Shown here in pieces: positions 20,514 through 30,344 of a DNA stretch of 64,000 bases. This DNA is from a bacterium (GTDB taxonomy: Bacteria; Zhuqueibacterota; Zhuqueibacteria; Residuimicrobiales; Krinioviventaceae), in contig OY843751.1 in NCBI GenBank assembly GCA_963693055.1, positions 288,001 through 352,000 on the forward strand. Direction: 5' to 3'. The translations under genes were made by a program, and so were the position numbers. The notes beneath the pieces were generated by a model. It ran no database searches and was not told the origin of the DNA. It saw only the letters and a program-made list of their open reading frames with translations. Each line of letters starts with the position of its first letter. Within the stretch, counting starts at the first letter, position 1.

Positions 20514-22250
20514 ATGAAAAACTTTACTATTTTATTTGTTTTGTTTGCAATGATTGCAATTCCGGTATTCGCTCAGGATGCTGATACACTGGTTATTGAT
20601 CCTAACAATTATGTCAACTTGCAGATAATGGCCGACACCCTTGCTGATGGTTCCCAGGCTCACGATGTTTATAAACTTGAACGTTCAACATTCTATGCCT
20701 TTGATGGTACAATGACTGTTGACTTCAAGTGTGAAATTGTTGGCCCTTTTGTTGAATACATGGTTCAGGATAATGGTGATGATTTTCCACCGGTATTGGT
20801 AAATACACCTGACGAATCATCCGGCGCTGGAAGACGGTTTTTTACTGTTATTGAAGGTGGTGAGCTGATTTTAAAGAATTTTATTATGAGCGGAATGGTC
20901 AGCACTGGTCAAATTGGCGGCACGATGATCAGGAGTACCTATGGCATCAGATTTGTAATGGATAATATAGCTTTCTCTGATTATGACAGAATTTTCCAAA
21001 ATGATAGCGAGAATATCGAAGTCAGTATTACAAACTGTGTGTTCCAAAATGCCGGTAGTGCGGATTATAGCTTGTTCGATGGAATGACTACTCGTTTTAA
21101 TACAAGCGGTGGTGATGTAGTTATTGAAAACAACACCATTATCAACAACGGTAGATTGTTGTGTAATGCAGGCCCATTCCCCAAAATGAAATCAGTTATT
21201 ACCCATAATTCTATTATTAACAATACAAAAAATGCCATGGAATTACGTCAGTATGAATGTGTTTGTGCTAATAATTTCTGGGTAAACTGGGAATTTATGG
21301 GTTATGGTCCTAATCAACTCAGAACTGATGACTGGTATCAGATGAATTTTACGACCTATAACTGGTTGTATGAAGTTAGTGATATGCTTGATTCTGTTTC
21401 TACTTATTTCGCTTATAATGGTTTTTACACAGAAGAAGCGATCAATGAATGGTTTGAAAACAGAGCTGCTACAGCACCATTGGACAGCATTCATCAATCC
21501 GGTCTTTTCCCGGTTACCACAGATACATTTGTAGTTGCTGATGCTGATTACAAAATTGGTCCCAATTACATGGATTTTAATCCTGGCTTTACTGTTCCGC
21601 CGACTGATGTTGCTGATCTTATTGCCTTTTTGGAAGCCTATTGGGGTGACCAACCCGTAGATGTACCTACTTATGATGTACCAGCACTTGTGACATTTGG
21701 AGGAGATGGTATGCCGGTTTGTAACTGGCCTATTGAGTATGATCTCACTTATGCCAATACAACCTGGCAAACCGGTGGTACTGACGGATTACCTCTTGGT
21801 GATCTCAACTGGTGGCCAGATAAAAAGGCAGACTGGGTAGCAAATCGTGAACAGTATGTTGCTGCAATGAGAGATTCTGTTGACAATGCTAAACTTATTT
21901 ATACAGGTGATGGAAATCTGCCATTAATTACTCCTGCATCTACTGACATTAATGATGATACCAAAGCACCAGCTGCATTCAAATTGGGACAGAATTATCC
22001 AAACCCATTCAATCCAACTACTTCAATCAATTACTCATTGAATAAAGCAGATCATGTAAGCCTGGTTGTTTACAATACAATTGGACAAAAAGTGAGAACA
22101 CTTGTTGATGCAAAACAAGCTGCAGGTGTACATTCAGTTAACTGGACCGGTGTTGATGAAGCTGGAACAGCAATGGCTGGAGGCGTTTATTTCTACAGAT
22201 TGACTGTTGGTAATCAAACAGAATGTAAGAAAATGGTCTTTATCAAGTAA
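20514..22250 (+). CDS. Secreted beta-helix-like surface protein with FlgD-Ig/T9SS-like C-terminal sorting domain
   Basis: Signal peptide; ITNCVFQN/IENNTIINN/ITHNSIIN beta-helix rungs; GDLNWWP; LGQNYPNPFNPTT...GVYFYRL...KKMVFIK. Confidence 0.85.
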   Translation: MKNFTILFVLFAMIAIPVFAQDADTLVIDPNNYVNLQIMADTLADGSQAHDVYKLERSTFYAFDGTMTVDFKCEIVGPFVEYMVQDNGDDFPPVLVNTPDESSGAGRRFFTVIEGGELILKNFIMSGMVSTGQIGGTMIRSTYGIRFVMDNIAFSDYDRIFQNDSENIEVSITNCVFQNAGSADYSLFDGMTTRFNTSGGDVVIENNTIINNGRLLCNAGPFPKMKSVITHNSIINNTKNAMELRQYECVCANNFWVNWEFMGYGPNQLRTDDWYQMNFTTYNWLYEVSDMLDSVSTYFAYNGFYTEEAINEWFENRAATAPLDSIHQSGLFPVTTDTFVVADADYKIGPNYMDFNPGFTVPPTDVADLIAFLEAYWGDQPVDVPTYDVPALVTFGGDGMPVCNWPIEYDLTYANTTWQTGGTDGLPLGDLNWWPDKKADWVANREQYVAAMRDSVDNAKLIYTGDGNLPLITPASTDINDDTKAPAAFKLGQNYPNPFNPTTSINYSLNKADHVSLVVYNTIGQKVRTLVDAKQAAGVHSVNWTGVDEAGTAMAGGVYFYRLTVGNQTECKKMVFIK

Positions 22251-22277
22251 TTAACAGTTAGTTCCTTTGACCAAAGG

Positions 22278-22313
22278 TCCCCGGTACGGATCAAGTATTT
22301 ACCGTACCGGGGA
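22278..22313 (+). terminator. Strong stem-loop without U tract (mRNA stabiliser or partial terminator)
   Basis: TCCCCGGTACGG-12 nt-CCGTACCGGGGA, preceded by the small hairpin CCTTTG-ac-CAAAGG. Confidence 0.6.
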
Positions 22314-22350
22314 AAATTATTAACACGATTTTGTATGAGGCCTTTTTATT

Positions 22351-23784
22351 ATGTACTTGAAAAAAGCCTGTACTAAGCATCTGATTTGGATGTGTACCCT
22401 GATGTTGTTTTTTTGCGGGTTTTCTAAAACAGCTAGCGCTGGTAAGGTAATGGTAGAATCTTTAACGGACCTGCAAAAAGCTGTGCAAAAAGCGGATCCT
22501 GGAGATGTAATTATTCTCAAAGATGGCAAATATCAGGATAGCACTTGCGTTTTAAAGGGCAAGGGTAGCAGGCAATTACCAATTATTATTCGTTCCAGAG
22601 GCATTGGTCTTGTTGAACTCTATTCCGGGATTTCAATAGAAGGCGATTTTATTACGCTTGAAGGCTTTTTGTTCAAATCAATGAGCAATATACAATTGTC
22701 GGGTACCGGTTTGCGCGTTACCAATTGTATTATGACTGATGTTATGACTAAAAAGTGGATTTGGGCAGATTATTCTTGTAAACAATTGGAAATTGATCAT
22801 TGTTTGTTTGAAAACAAGAGTAATAACCGACTTTATGAACGGGATTGCCAGTTGATCAAAATCAATGTTACCAATTCTAACGAGTGTCATCATATTCATC
22901 ATAACCATTTTAGAGATGTGTTACCGGGTAAGGGTACAAATGGATTTGAAACAATCCAAATTATTACCAAAGGAAATCCGCGCGATCCTGAAATTGGGGA
23001 CTGTGGAACTTTGATTGAAAGAAATCTGTTTGAACGTTGCAGTGGTGAGCCGGAGATTATTTCTATTAAATCCAATGGCAATCAGGTCAGTGGAAATACA
23101 TTCAGGGCTTGTGCGGGAGCGTTGGTTTTCAGGCATGGGGATGGAAACGTTGCGTCACAAAATATATTTTTAGGCGATGGTGAACCTAATTCCGCGGGTG
23201 TAAGAATTCAGGGTACAGACCATCTGGTTGTTAATAATTATTTCAGTAATCTTGGCAACTGTGGTTTGTTTATTCATTATGGAGTGGATGACAAATCATA
23301 CGTCAAGGTTGAGCGGGCAGTAATTGCTTTTAATACATTTTATAACTGTCGTTATGCAGTATTGTACGGATTTAATGGGGTCCCACCCTCCAAGTGTACG
23401 GTGGCTAACAATGTGTTTTATCTGGAACGGGGCCCCAAAAAATATCAAAAGCCTGTTGAACAGTTTCAATTGTTCAAATTTGTTAAAGAGCAAGATCTGG
23501 ACTGGAACTGGGAAAACAATATTGCCTGGGGAACATTGGGCATGAAACCGGTAAGTGGAATAACCCGCCAGGACCCGCAATTGGAAGCTATTGGTGATGG
23601 CATGACATTGCCGGCTCTGAACAGTCCTGTTGTTTCCCGTGCTGATGCCAGTTTCCCTGGTGTGAATAACGATGTGTTTGGACATGTACGGGGGCAATTG
23701 CGTAGTATAGGTGCCATAGAGTACTCTGTATGGCTCAAGAATGATGGACCGCTTGATGAGACACGCGTAGGGCCACGATACTAA
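22351..23784 (+). CDS. Polysaccharide lyase family 6 (chondroitinase B/alginate lyase-like)
   Basis: ADPGDVIILKDG; NGFETI; GEPEIISIKS (Ca ligands and catalytic Lys); FRHG (catalytic Arg); signal peptide. Confidence 0.88.
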   Translation: MYLKKACTKHLIWMCTLMLFFCGFSKTASAGKVMVESLTDLQKAVQKADPGDVIILKDGKYQDSTCVLKGKGSRQLPIIIRSRGIGLVELYSGISIEGDFITLEGFLFKSMSNIQLSGTGLRVTNCIMTDVMTKKWIWADYSCKQLEIDHCLFENKSNNRLYERDCQLIKINVTNSNECHHIHHNHFRDVLPGKGTNGFETIQIITKGNPRDPEIGDCGTLIERNLFERCSGEPEIISIKSNGNQVSGNTFRACAGALVFRHGDGNVASQNIFLGDGEPNSAGVRIQGTDHLVVNNYFSNLGNCGLFIHYGVDDKSYVKVERAVIAFNTFYNCRYAVLYGFNGVPPSKCTVANNVFYLERGPKKYQKPVEQFQLFKFVKEQDLDWNWENNIAWGTLGMKPVSGITRQDPQLEAIGDGMTLPALNSPVVSRADASFPGVNNDVFGHVRGQLRSIGAIEYSVWLKNDGPLDETRVGPRY

Positions 23785-24150
23785 TTGTTCAGATGTTTAG
23801 GCTTGATTTTATTCAAGTATTATGATAGATTGTGCTCTTGTTCATATATTTATTAACTTTTTATTATGGGTGTCATTGTTATTTCTTTCACATTAATATA
23901 TAGCGTTTGCAATATTTTGTTCCCCTCACTTGACAGCTTAATTATTTGAAATAATTTGTTTCATTTTCAATATTTTCGATATTGTTATTAGTAATGTTTT
24001 AATTGTTGTTTGTTAAAGTTAAAATATTATAATTGATATATACCAAGCAATACATTACAGGGGATAGTATGGTTGTAATGATTCCTGCATATTATACAAG
24101 ATTGTGGTTTGGCACTTTTTTTAAATCATCAATATAGTTAGGAGTTGTGT

Positions 24151-24969
24151 ATGAAAAAAGTACTTGCACTGTCAGGAAGCCCAAGAAAAGGGGATAGCTA
24201 TAAAATTGTAAAACTGTTAATTGAACGCATGCAGGAACTGGGTGAAGTAGAGTTGGAGTTTATAACCCTTCGCAAGTTGAATATAGAATACTGTCGTGGA
24301 TGCCTGGCGTGTATGCGCAAAGGAGAAGACCATTGTCCTTTAAAAGATGATGTGCCAATGGTCAGGGAAAAGATGTGCAGTGCAGATGCGGTTTTGTTTG
24401 TATCTCCGGTGTACGTGCATTCAGTTACGGCGCCAATCAAAAATTTGTTCGACCGCATGGCCTATTATCTTCATCGCCCATGTTTTCATAATAAACAAGC
24501 TTTGTTGATCAGCACTACCGAGTTGAGTGGGTTAAAGGAAGCTCTGCGCCATCTCAAATTTCCAGTAAAGACGATGGGTTTTAATCTGGTTGATGAAATT
24601 GGTGTAATTGCACCAGCTTTTCATGAGCCCGGACCGTATCGAGAAAAGATAATGGCCAAGATCCATAACGCTGCTGAAAAATTATTTCGTCAGATGTCTG
24701 TAAAACAAACGGTTAAACCTTCTTTGGCAGATGTTGTCTTTTTTAATAAAATCCGTACAAAGATACAAATGCATAAAGATAGGTTCCCGGCAGACTATCA
24801 ATACTGGCATAAAAAGGGCTGGTTTGGAACGGATTATTTTGTGCCCGTAAAAATTAATTTGATTTACAAGGCGATTGGAAAGCTGCCGGTCAGGATGATC
24901 AAGATAGTATTGCGACGTAAACTTGGTCCGCAAGTGTATTCAAAATTTGTAGGTATGGAACAAGGCTAG
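24151..24969 (+). CDS. Flavodoxin-fold NADPH-dependent FMN reductase / iron-sulfur flavoprotein
   Basis: GSPRKG; CRGCLAC-x7-CPLKDD; SPVY; KNLFDR. Confidence 0.88.
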   Translation: MKKVLALSGSPRKGDSYKIVKLLIERMQELGEVELEFITLRKLNIEYCRGCLACMRKGEDHCPLKDDVPMVREKMCSADAVLFVSPVYVHSVTAPIKNLFDRMAYYLHRPCFHNKQALLISTTELSGLKEALRHLKFPVKTMGFNLVDEIGVIAPAFHEPGPYREKIMAKIHNAAEKLFRQMSVKQTVKPSLADVVFFNKIRTKIQMHKDRFPADYQYWHKKGWFGTDYFVPVKINLIYKAIGKLPVRMIKIVLRRKLGPQVYSKFVGMEQG

Positions 24970-25146
24970 AGCAAAGATACCTGTTGTTCAAATTATGAGA
25001 ATTAAGTTTCTGTCAAGTTCTTACGAAATTGTTGTTTTTTATAAGTGACATGCAAAATTGTGGGATGTTTAATAATTTTAGGGTTGTAAAAGAACAGGGT
25101 GAGATTGTTTTTTAAGGGGTTATGTCGCCTGTCGGCGCGCGGGTGG

Positions 25147-25162
25147 TGGCATGGATTCTGCA
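25147..25162 (+). promoter_or_regulatory. sigma54 (-24/-12) promoter of the nifA-like gene
   Basis: TGGCATGGATTCTGCA (GG-N10-GC), ending 38 nt before the ATG at 25201. Confidence 0.65.
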
Positions 25163-25200
25163 TTCTGATGTTTAGTGTAATCTAAATATAAATATGTGGT

Positions 25201-26760
25201 ATGCTAGTGGAACTCTTGAATGCGCATCTGATCAGGCATGAAAAAGAACTCGATGCACTGTATGCGGTTGCCAATATTCTTGCAACCGAGACATCGCAGC
25301 GCAAGATTTTTAGGAATATTTTACAAACGCTTGAAGCAGACTTGTATATGATACGCGGAACAATTATGCTGTTAACCATTGATGGTAAAGAGCTGATTGT
25401 TGAAGCAACAGGTGGGGACCTGGATGTTGAGCAGCCCAGAATTATCTATAAAAAGGGGGAAGGTATTACCGGCAAGGTTGTAGAAGCTGGTAAATCTGCT
25501 ATAGTACCCAATATTGCTGAAGAACCGGATTTTAAGGACCGTATTCACAGGCGGTTTGACGGACAGGTGAGAAATGTTAGCTTTGTTTGTGTGCCTATCA
25601 TGCTGGTAAATAAAGTTGTAGGAACACTGTCAGTCGATCTGGAAAGTACAGACGATGAAATACTGCGTGACGGTGAGCGGGTATTGCGGATTGTTGCAGG
25701 CATGATAGCAAACGATGTAAAATCGCGGCGTATTATGCGACAGGAAAAAGAAGCCCTGGAGGCCGAAAATATCCGGTTACGGCACGAGCTTGAGCAGCGC
25801 TACCGTCCTGAAAATATAATAGGCAATTCACACGCCATGAAGGGTGTGTATACCCGCATCTACCAGGTGTCGGGCAGTGAAACCACCACAGTATTGATTC
25901 GTGGCGAATCGGGTACAGGTAAAGAGCTGGTTGCATCTGCTATTCACTATGCCGGATCGCGGTTTAACCGGCCGTTTGTCAAAGTGAATTGTGCCGCGTT
26001 AAATGAAAATGTGCTGGAAAGTGAATTGTTTGGTCATGAAAAAGGTGCATTTACCGGGGCCTTGTATTCAAGAAAGGGGCGGATTGAAGAAGCCGAGGGT
26101 GGAACGCTGTTTTTAGATGAAATAGGCGACTTTCCTCCATCTATTCAGACAAAGCTGCTGCGGGTTTTGCAAGAGCGAGAATTTGAGCGTGTGGGTAGTA
26201 ATAAAACCATAAAAGCAAATGTTCGAATTATTGCTGCAACCAACAGAGATCTTGAAAAGGCCCTCAAAGAAGCCACATTTCGTGAAGATCTCTATTATCG
26301 CATCAATGTTTTTCCTATTTTTCTGCCGCCATTGCGGGAGAGACGGTCCGATATTCTGCTACTTGCGGACTATTTTGTGGAAAAATACGCAAAAAAATTA
26401 AGCAAAAAAGTACATCGAATTAGCACACCTGCGATAAATATGCTGTTGGCTTATCATTGGCCGGGGAACGTGCGTGAACTTGAGAACTGTATTGAACATG
26501 CGGTGTTGTTGAGTAGTGACAGCGCCATACATGGATATAACCTGCCGCCTACATTGCAGGTGCCTGAAGAGCTGGATGTTGTTAATGGCAGTAATGACAA
26601 GGGGACTTTGAAGGCACGCATCCAATTGATTGAAAAAGACATTATTGTAGATGCTTTAAAACGATCCCACGGAAATGTAGCTTCTGCGGCACGTGAATTG
26701 GGTTATACTCCCCGAATGGTAAGATATAAAATAAAAAATTTGGGAATTTTAATAGATTAA
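25201..26760 (+). CDS. nifA: NifA-type sigma54-dependent activator (GAF-AAA+-Fis HTH)
   Basis: GAF domain (GEGITGKV...FVCVPI), GESGTGKE, GAFTGA, LFLDEIG, WPGNVREL, C-terminal HTH; directly upstream of nifH. Confidence 0.85.
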   Translation: MLVELLNAHLIRHEKELDALYAVANILATETSQRKIFRNILQTLEADLYMIRGTIMLLTIDGKELIVEATGGDLDVEQPRIIYKKGEGITGKVVEAGKSAIVPNIAEEPDFKDRIHRRFDGQVRNVSFVCVPIMLVNKVVGTLSVDLESTDDEILRDGERVLRIVAGMIANDVKSRRIMRQEKEALEAENIRLRHELEQRYRPENIIGNSHAMKGVYTRIYQVSGSETTTVLIRGESGTGKELVASAIHYAGSRFNRPFVKVNCAALNENVLESELFGHEKGAFTGALYSRKGRIEEAEGGTLFLDEIGDFPPSIQTKLLRVLQEREFERVGSNKTIKANVRIIAATNRDLEKALKEATFREDLYYRINVFPIFLPPLRERRSDILLLADYFVEKYAKKLSKKVHRISTPAINMLLAYHWPGNVRELENCIEHAVLLSSDSAIHGYNLPPTLQVPEELDVVNGSNDKGTLKARIQLIEKDIIVDALKRSHGNVASAARELGYTPRMVRYKIKNLGILID

Positions 26761-26782
26761 GATACTAAGATTTTCAACAAAC

Positions 26783-26917
26783 TGACAATTATTTCCGTTT
26801 TGCTAAATAGGCGGAAATAATTGTCACATCACCTAAACCTCTGTTTTTTTGATGGCTTGATCCAAAATATCAGATTTCTCATCATAAACACCTCTGACTA
26901 ACGTTACAATTATTTCC
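26783..26917. promoter_or_regulatory. Candidate upstream activator sequences for the nifH promoter
   Basis: 15-bp perfect inverted repeat TGACAATTATTTCCG (26783-97)/CGGAAATAATTGTCA (26812-26), plus a third ACAATTATTTCC at 26906-17. Confidence 0.55.
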
Positions 26918-26973
26918 CTTTTCATTTTGAGATGTTTTACAAATGATAGATTTTTTCTGTGCAAACGCTTTAA

Positions 26974-26986
26974 AATCAATTGGTTG
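26974..26986 (+). promoter_or_regulatory. IHF-binding consensus
   Basis: AATCAATTGGTTG matches WATCAANNNNTTR and lies between the candidate UAS and the sigma54 site. Confidence 0.6.
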
Positions 26987-27014
26987 TGCGTGTCGATTTT
27001 TAGGTGTTTATCTG

Positions 27015-27030
27015 TGGCACAACCGTTGCC
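27015..27030 (+). promoter_or_regulatory. sigma54 (-24/-12) promoter of the nifH operon
   Basis: TGGCACAACCGTTGCC, near-consensus TGGCAC-N5-TTGC. Confidence 0.88.
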
Positions 27031-27051
27031 TGTAACTGGGTAAGCAATTAA

Positions 27052-27918
<867 letters not shown>

Positions 27919-27942
27919 GAGTTTTTGACAAGGAGTGATACT

Positions 27943-28269
27943 ATGATAATGATAAGGGCGATTGTAAGGCCTGATAAAGTAGATGCCGTTTTACAGGGTT
28001 TGACCGACGCGGGGTATCCCGCGGTTACCAAGCTGCCGGTTGCCGGACGTGGAAAGCAAAAAGGCCTAAAGGTGGGCGAAGTGATTTATGATGAACTGCC
28101 CAAAGAAATGTTGATTATGGTAATACCCGAAACAGAAAAAGATTTTTTAGTAAAGACCATCATGGACCATGCAAAAACCGGAAAATCGGGTGCTTATGGA
28201 GACGGTAAAATCTTTATTTCACCGGTTGATGAAGTGTACACGATCAGTTCAGGATTTAAAGAAGCGTGA
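27943..28269 (+). CDS. nifI1: PII-family nitrogenase regulator NifI1
   Basis: AIVRP, GRGKQKG, YDELPK, GDGKIF; located between nifH and nifD. Confidence 0.92.
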   Translation: MIMIRAIVRPDKVDAVLQGLTDAGYPAVTKLPVAGRGKQKGLKVGEVIYDELPKEMLIMVIPETEKDFLVKTIMDHAKTGKSGAYGDGKIFISPVDEVYTISSGFKEA

Positions 28270-28279
28270 GGGATAACAA

Positions 28280-28657
28280 ATGAAAGAAGTGATGGCAATT
28301 ATACGAATTAATAAAATCAACCAGACCAAACGCGCACTGGCTGACGCCGGAGTGCCTTCCTTTACGGCAACCGGCAAAGTATTGGGACGTGGTAAAGGTT
28401 TGGTAGATTACCGCATTCTTCATGCAGTTGAAGAAGGCCGAGATGAAGCAATCTCTTTATTAGGACAGGGACCCCTTTTGGTCTCCAAGCGGTTGTTGTC
28501 GATTGTGGTGCCCGATGATAAAGTTAAAGTGACAGTGGATACGATTATTAAAGCCAACCAGACAGGTAATGCCGGAGATGGAAAAATATTTGTGCTGCCG
28601 GTTATGGATTCTGTTCGGGTCCGTACCGGTCAGTCCGGCGATGCAGTGTTGGATTAA
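28280..28657 (+). CDS. nifI2: PII-family nitrogenase regulator NifI2
   Basis: MKEVMAIIR, GRGKG, long T-loop, NQTGNAGDGKIF, VRVRTG. Confidence 0.92.
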   Translation: MKEVMAIIRINKINQTKRALADAGVPSFTATGKVLGRGKGLVDYRILHAVEEGRDEAISLLGQGPLLVSKRLLSIVVPDDKVKVTVDTIIKANQTGNAGDGKIFVLPVMDSVRVRTGQSGDAVLD

Positions 28658-28670
28658 TATAAAGGAGTTC

Positions 28671-30302
28671 ATGATGAAAAAGACATTACCTGCGCCGGAA
28701 GCGTTTAAGGAAAAAGTCCTTAAAAAATATCCAACCAAAGTTGCAAAAAAACGAAGCAAGGCCATGGTGGTCAACGAGCAGGAGCCCGGTCAGGAAATAC
28801 AGGCCAATGTGCGGACCATTCCCGGAATTATTACCCAGCGCGGATGTACCTATGCGGGTTGTAAGGGCGTGGTACTGGGGCCCACACGTGATATTGTAAA
28901 TATAACCCATGGCCCCATTGGTTGTGGATTTTACAGTTGGTTGACCCGACGCAACCAGACCAAACCAGATGGTCCGGAAGATGAAAATTATATGACCTAT
29001 TGTTTTTCAACAGACATGCAGGATGAAAATATTGTATTTGGTGGTGAGAATAAATTAAAGCAAGCAATTCAGGAAGCTTATGACCTGTTTCATCCCAAAG
29101 CCATTGGTATTTTCGCAACTTGTCCTGTGGGTTTGATAGGTGATGATATACACGCAGTTGCCAAAGAGATGAAAGAAAAATTTGGAGATTGTAATGTTTT
29201 TGGTTTTAGCTGTGAAGGATACAAGGGTGTTTCGCAAAGTGCGGGTCACCATATTGCCAATAACCAATTGTTCAAGCATCTGGTAGGCCTGGATGATGAG
29301 ATTAAAGGCGAAAAAAAGTTCAGAGTCAATTTACTGGGTGAATACAATATTGGCGGTGATGCCTTTGTAATTGAACGTTTATTTGAAGAATGTGGAATTG
29401 AACTGGTTGCAACCCTGAGTGGAAACTCTACAGTGAACCAGTTTGAAAACGCGCATACGGTAGATCTGAACATGATCATGTGTCACCGCTCTATCAATTA
29501 TGTAGCTGAAATGATGGAAAAAAAATACGGAATTCCCTGGATCAAGATCAATTTCATTGGTGCCGAGGAAACGGCAAAATCGCTTAGAAAAATTGCAGAT
29601 TTCTTTGAAGATGAAGAATTAAAAGCACGTGTTGAAACTATCATTGAACGGGAAATGGCAGCAGTTAAAAAAGCGCAGGAAGAGATAACACCCAAAACCG
29701 AAGGCAAGCTGGCCATGTTGTTTGTGGGTGGTTCACGCGCGCATCATTATCAGCATCTGTTCAGTGAAATAGGTATGAGAACCATAGCCGCGGGATACGA
29801 ATTTGCACACCGAGATGATTATGAAGGCCGCAGGGTTTTACCCAATATAAAAGTAGATGCCGACAGTCGTAATATTGAAGAATTGACGGTTTCAGCGGAC
29901 CCGGAAAAATTCAATCCGCGTGTGAATGAAACCAAAAAAGACCGTCTGGAGAAGAAGGGACTCGTCTTTGCGGATTATGAAGGCATGATGTTCGAAATGG
30001 ACAAGCAATCTTTGGTTATTGACGATATCAGCCATTATGAGATGGAGAAACTCATTGAATATTATAATCCTGCTGTTTTTTGTGCGGGTATTAAAGAAAA
30101 ATATGCAGTGCAAAAGATGGGTGTGCCACTGAAACAGTTGCACAGTTATGATTACGGCGGTCCTTATGCTGCATTTAGCGGTGCTATCAACTTTTATCAT
30201 GAAATTGACCGGATGGTGAATTCACGTATCTGGAGTTTGATTACACCACCCTGGCAAAAAGGCCCGAAAATAAACGCGCAATTTGCCAGAGCCGCAAGCT
30301 GA
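28671..30302 (+). CDS. nifD: Nitrogenase MoFe protein alpha chain (group II)
   Basis: P-cluster Cys in RGCTYAG, HGPIGC and TCPVGLIGDD; QSAGHH; FeMo-co ligands in MCHRS and QLHSYDY; GGSR; group II insertion RRVLPNIKVDADSRNIEEL...; AAGGAG RBS at 28662. Confidence 0.98.
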   Translation: MMKKTLPAPEAFKEKVLKKYPTKVAKKRSKAMVVNEQEPGQEIQANVRTIPGIITQRGCTYAGCKGVVLGPTRDIVNITHGPIGCGFYSWLTRRNQTKPDGPEDENYMTYCFSTDMQDENIVFGGENKLKQAIQEAYDLFHPKAIGIFATCPVGLIGDDIHAVAKEMKEKFGDCNVFGFSCEGYKGVSQSAGHHIANNQLFKHLVGLDDEIKGEKKFRVNLLGEYNIGGDAFVIERLFEECGIELVATLSGNSTVNQFENAHTVDLNMIMCHRSINYVAEMMEKKYGIPWIKINFIGAEETAKSLRKIADFFEDEELKARVETIIEREMAAVKKAQEEITPKTEGKLAMLFVGGSRAHHYQHLFSEIGMRTIAAGYEFAHRDDYEGRRVLPNIKVDADSRNIEELTVSADPEKFNPRVNETKKDRLEKKGLVFADYEGMMFEMDKQSLVIDDISHYEMEKLIEYYNPAVFCAGIKEKYAVQKMGVPLKQLHSYDYGGPYAAFSGAINFYHEIDRMVNSRIWSLITPPWQKGPKINAQFARAAS

Positions 30303-30344
30303 TAGAGAATATAGAGTGATAAATATAGATTGACGAGGATAACC

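Noticed and set aside
24110-24125. TGGCAC upstream of the FMN reductase gene as a sigma54 promoter
   Set aside because: The -12 GC is missing (TGGCACTTTTTTTAAA), so nif co-regulation of this gene is unsupported.
25033-25096. Canonical NifA UAS TGT-N10-ACA upstream of nifA
   Set aside because: Only TGT-N12-ACA and TGT-N6-ACA spacings were found.
28569-28670. N-terminal extension of NifD in the ORF track
   Set aside because: It overlaps nifI2; the RBS and homology support a start at 28671.
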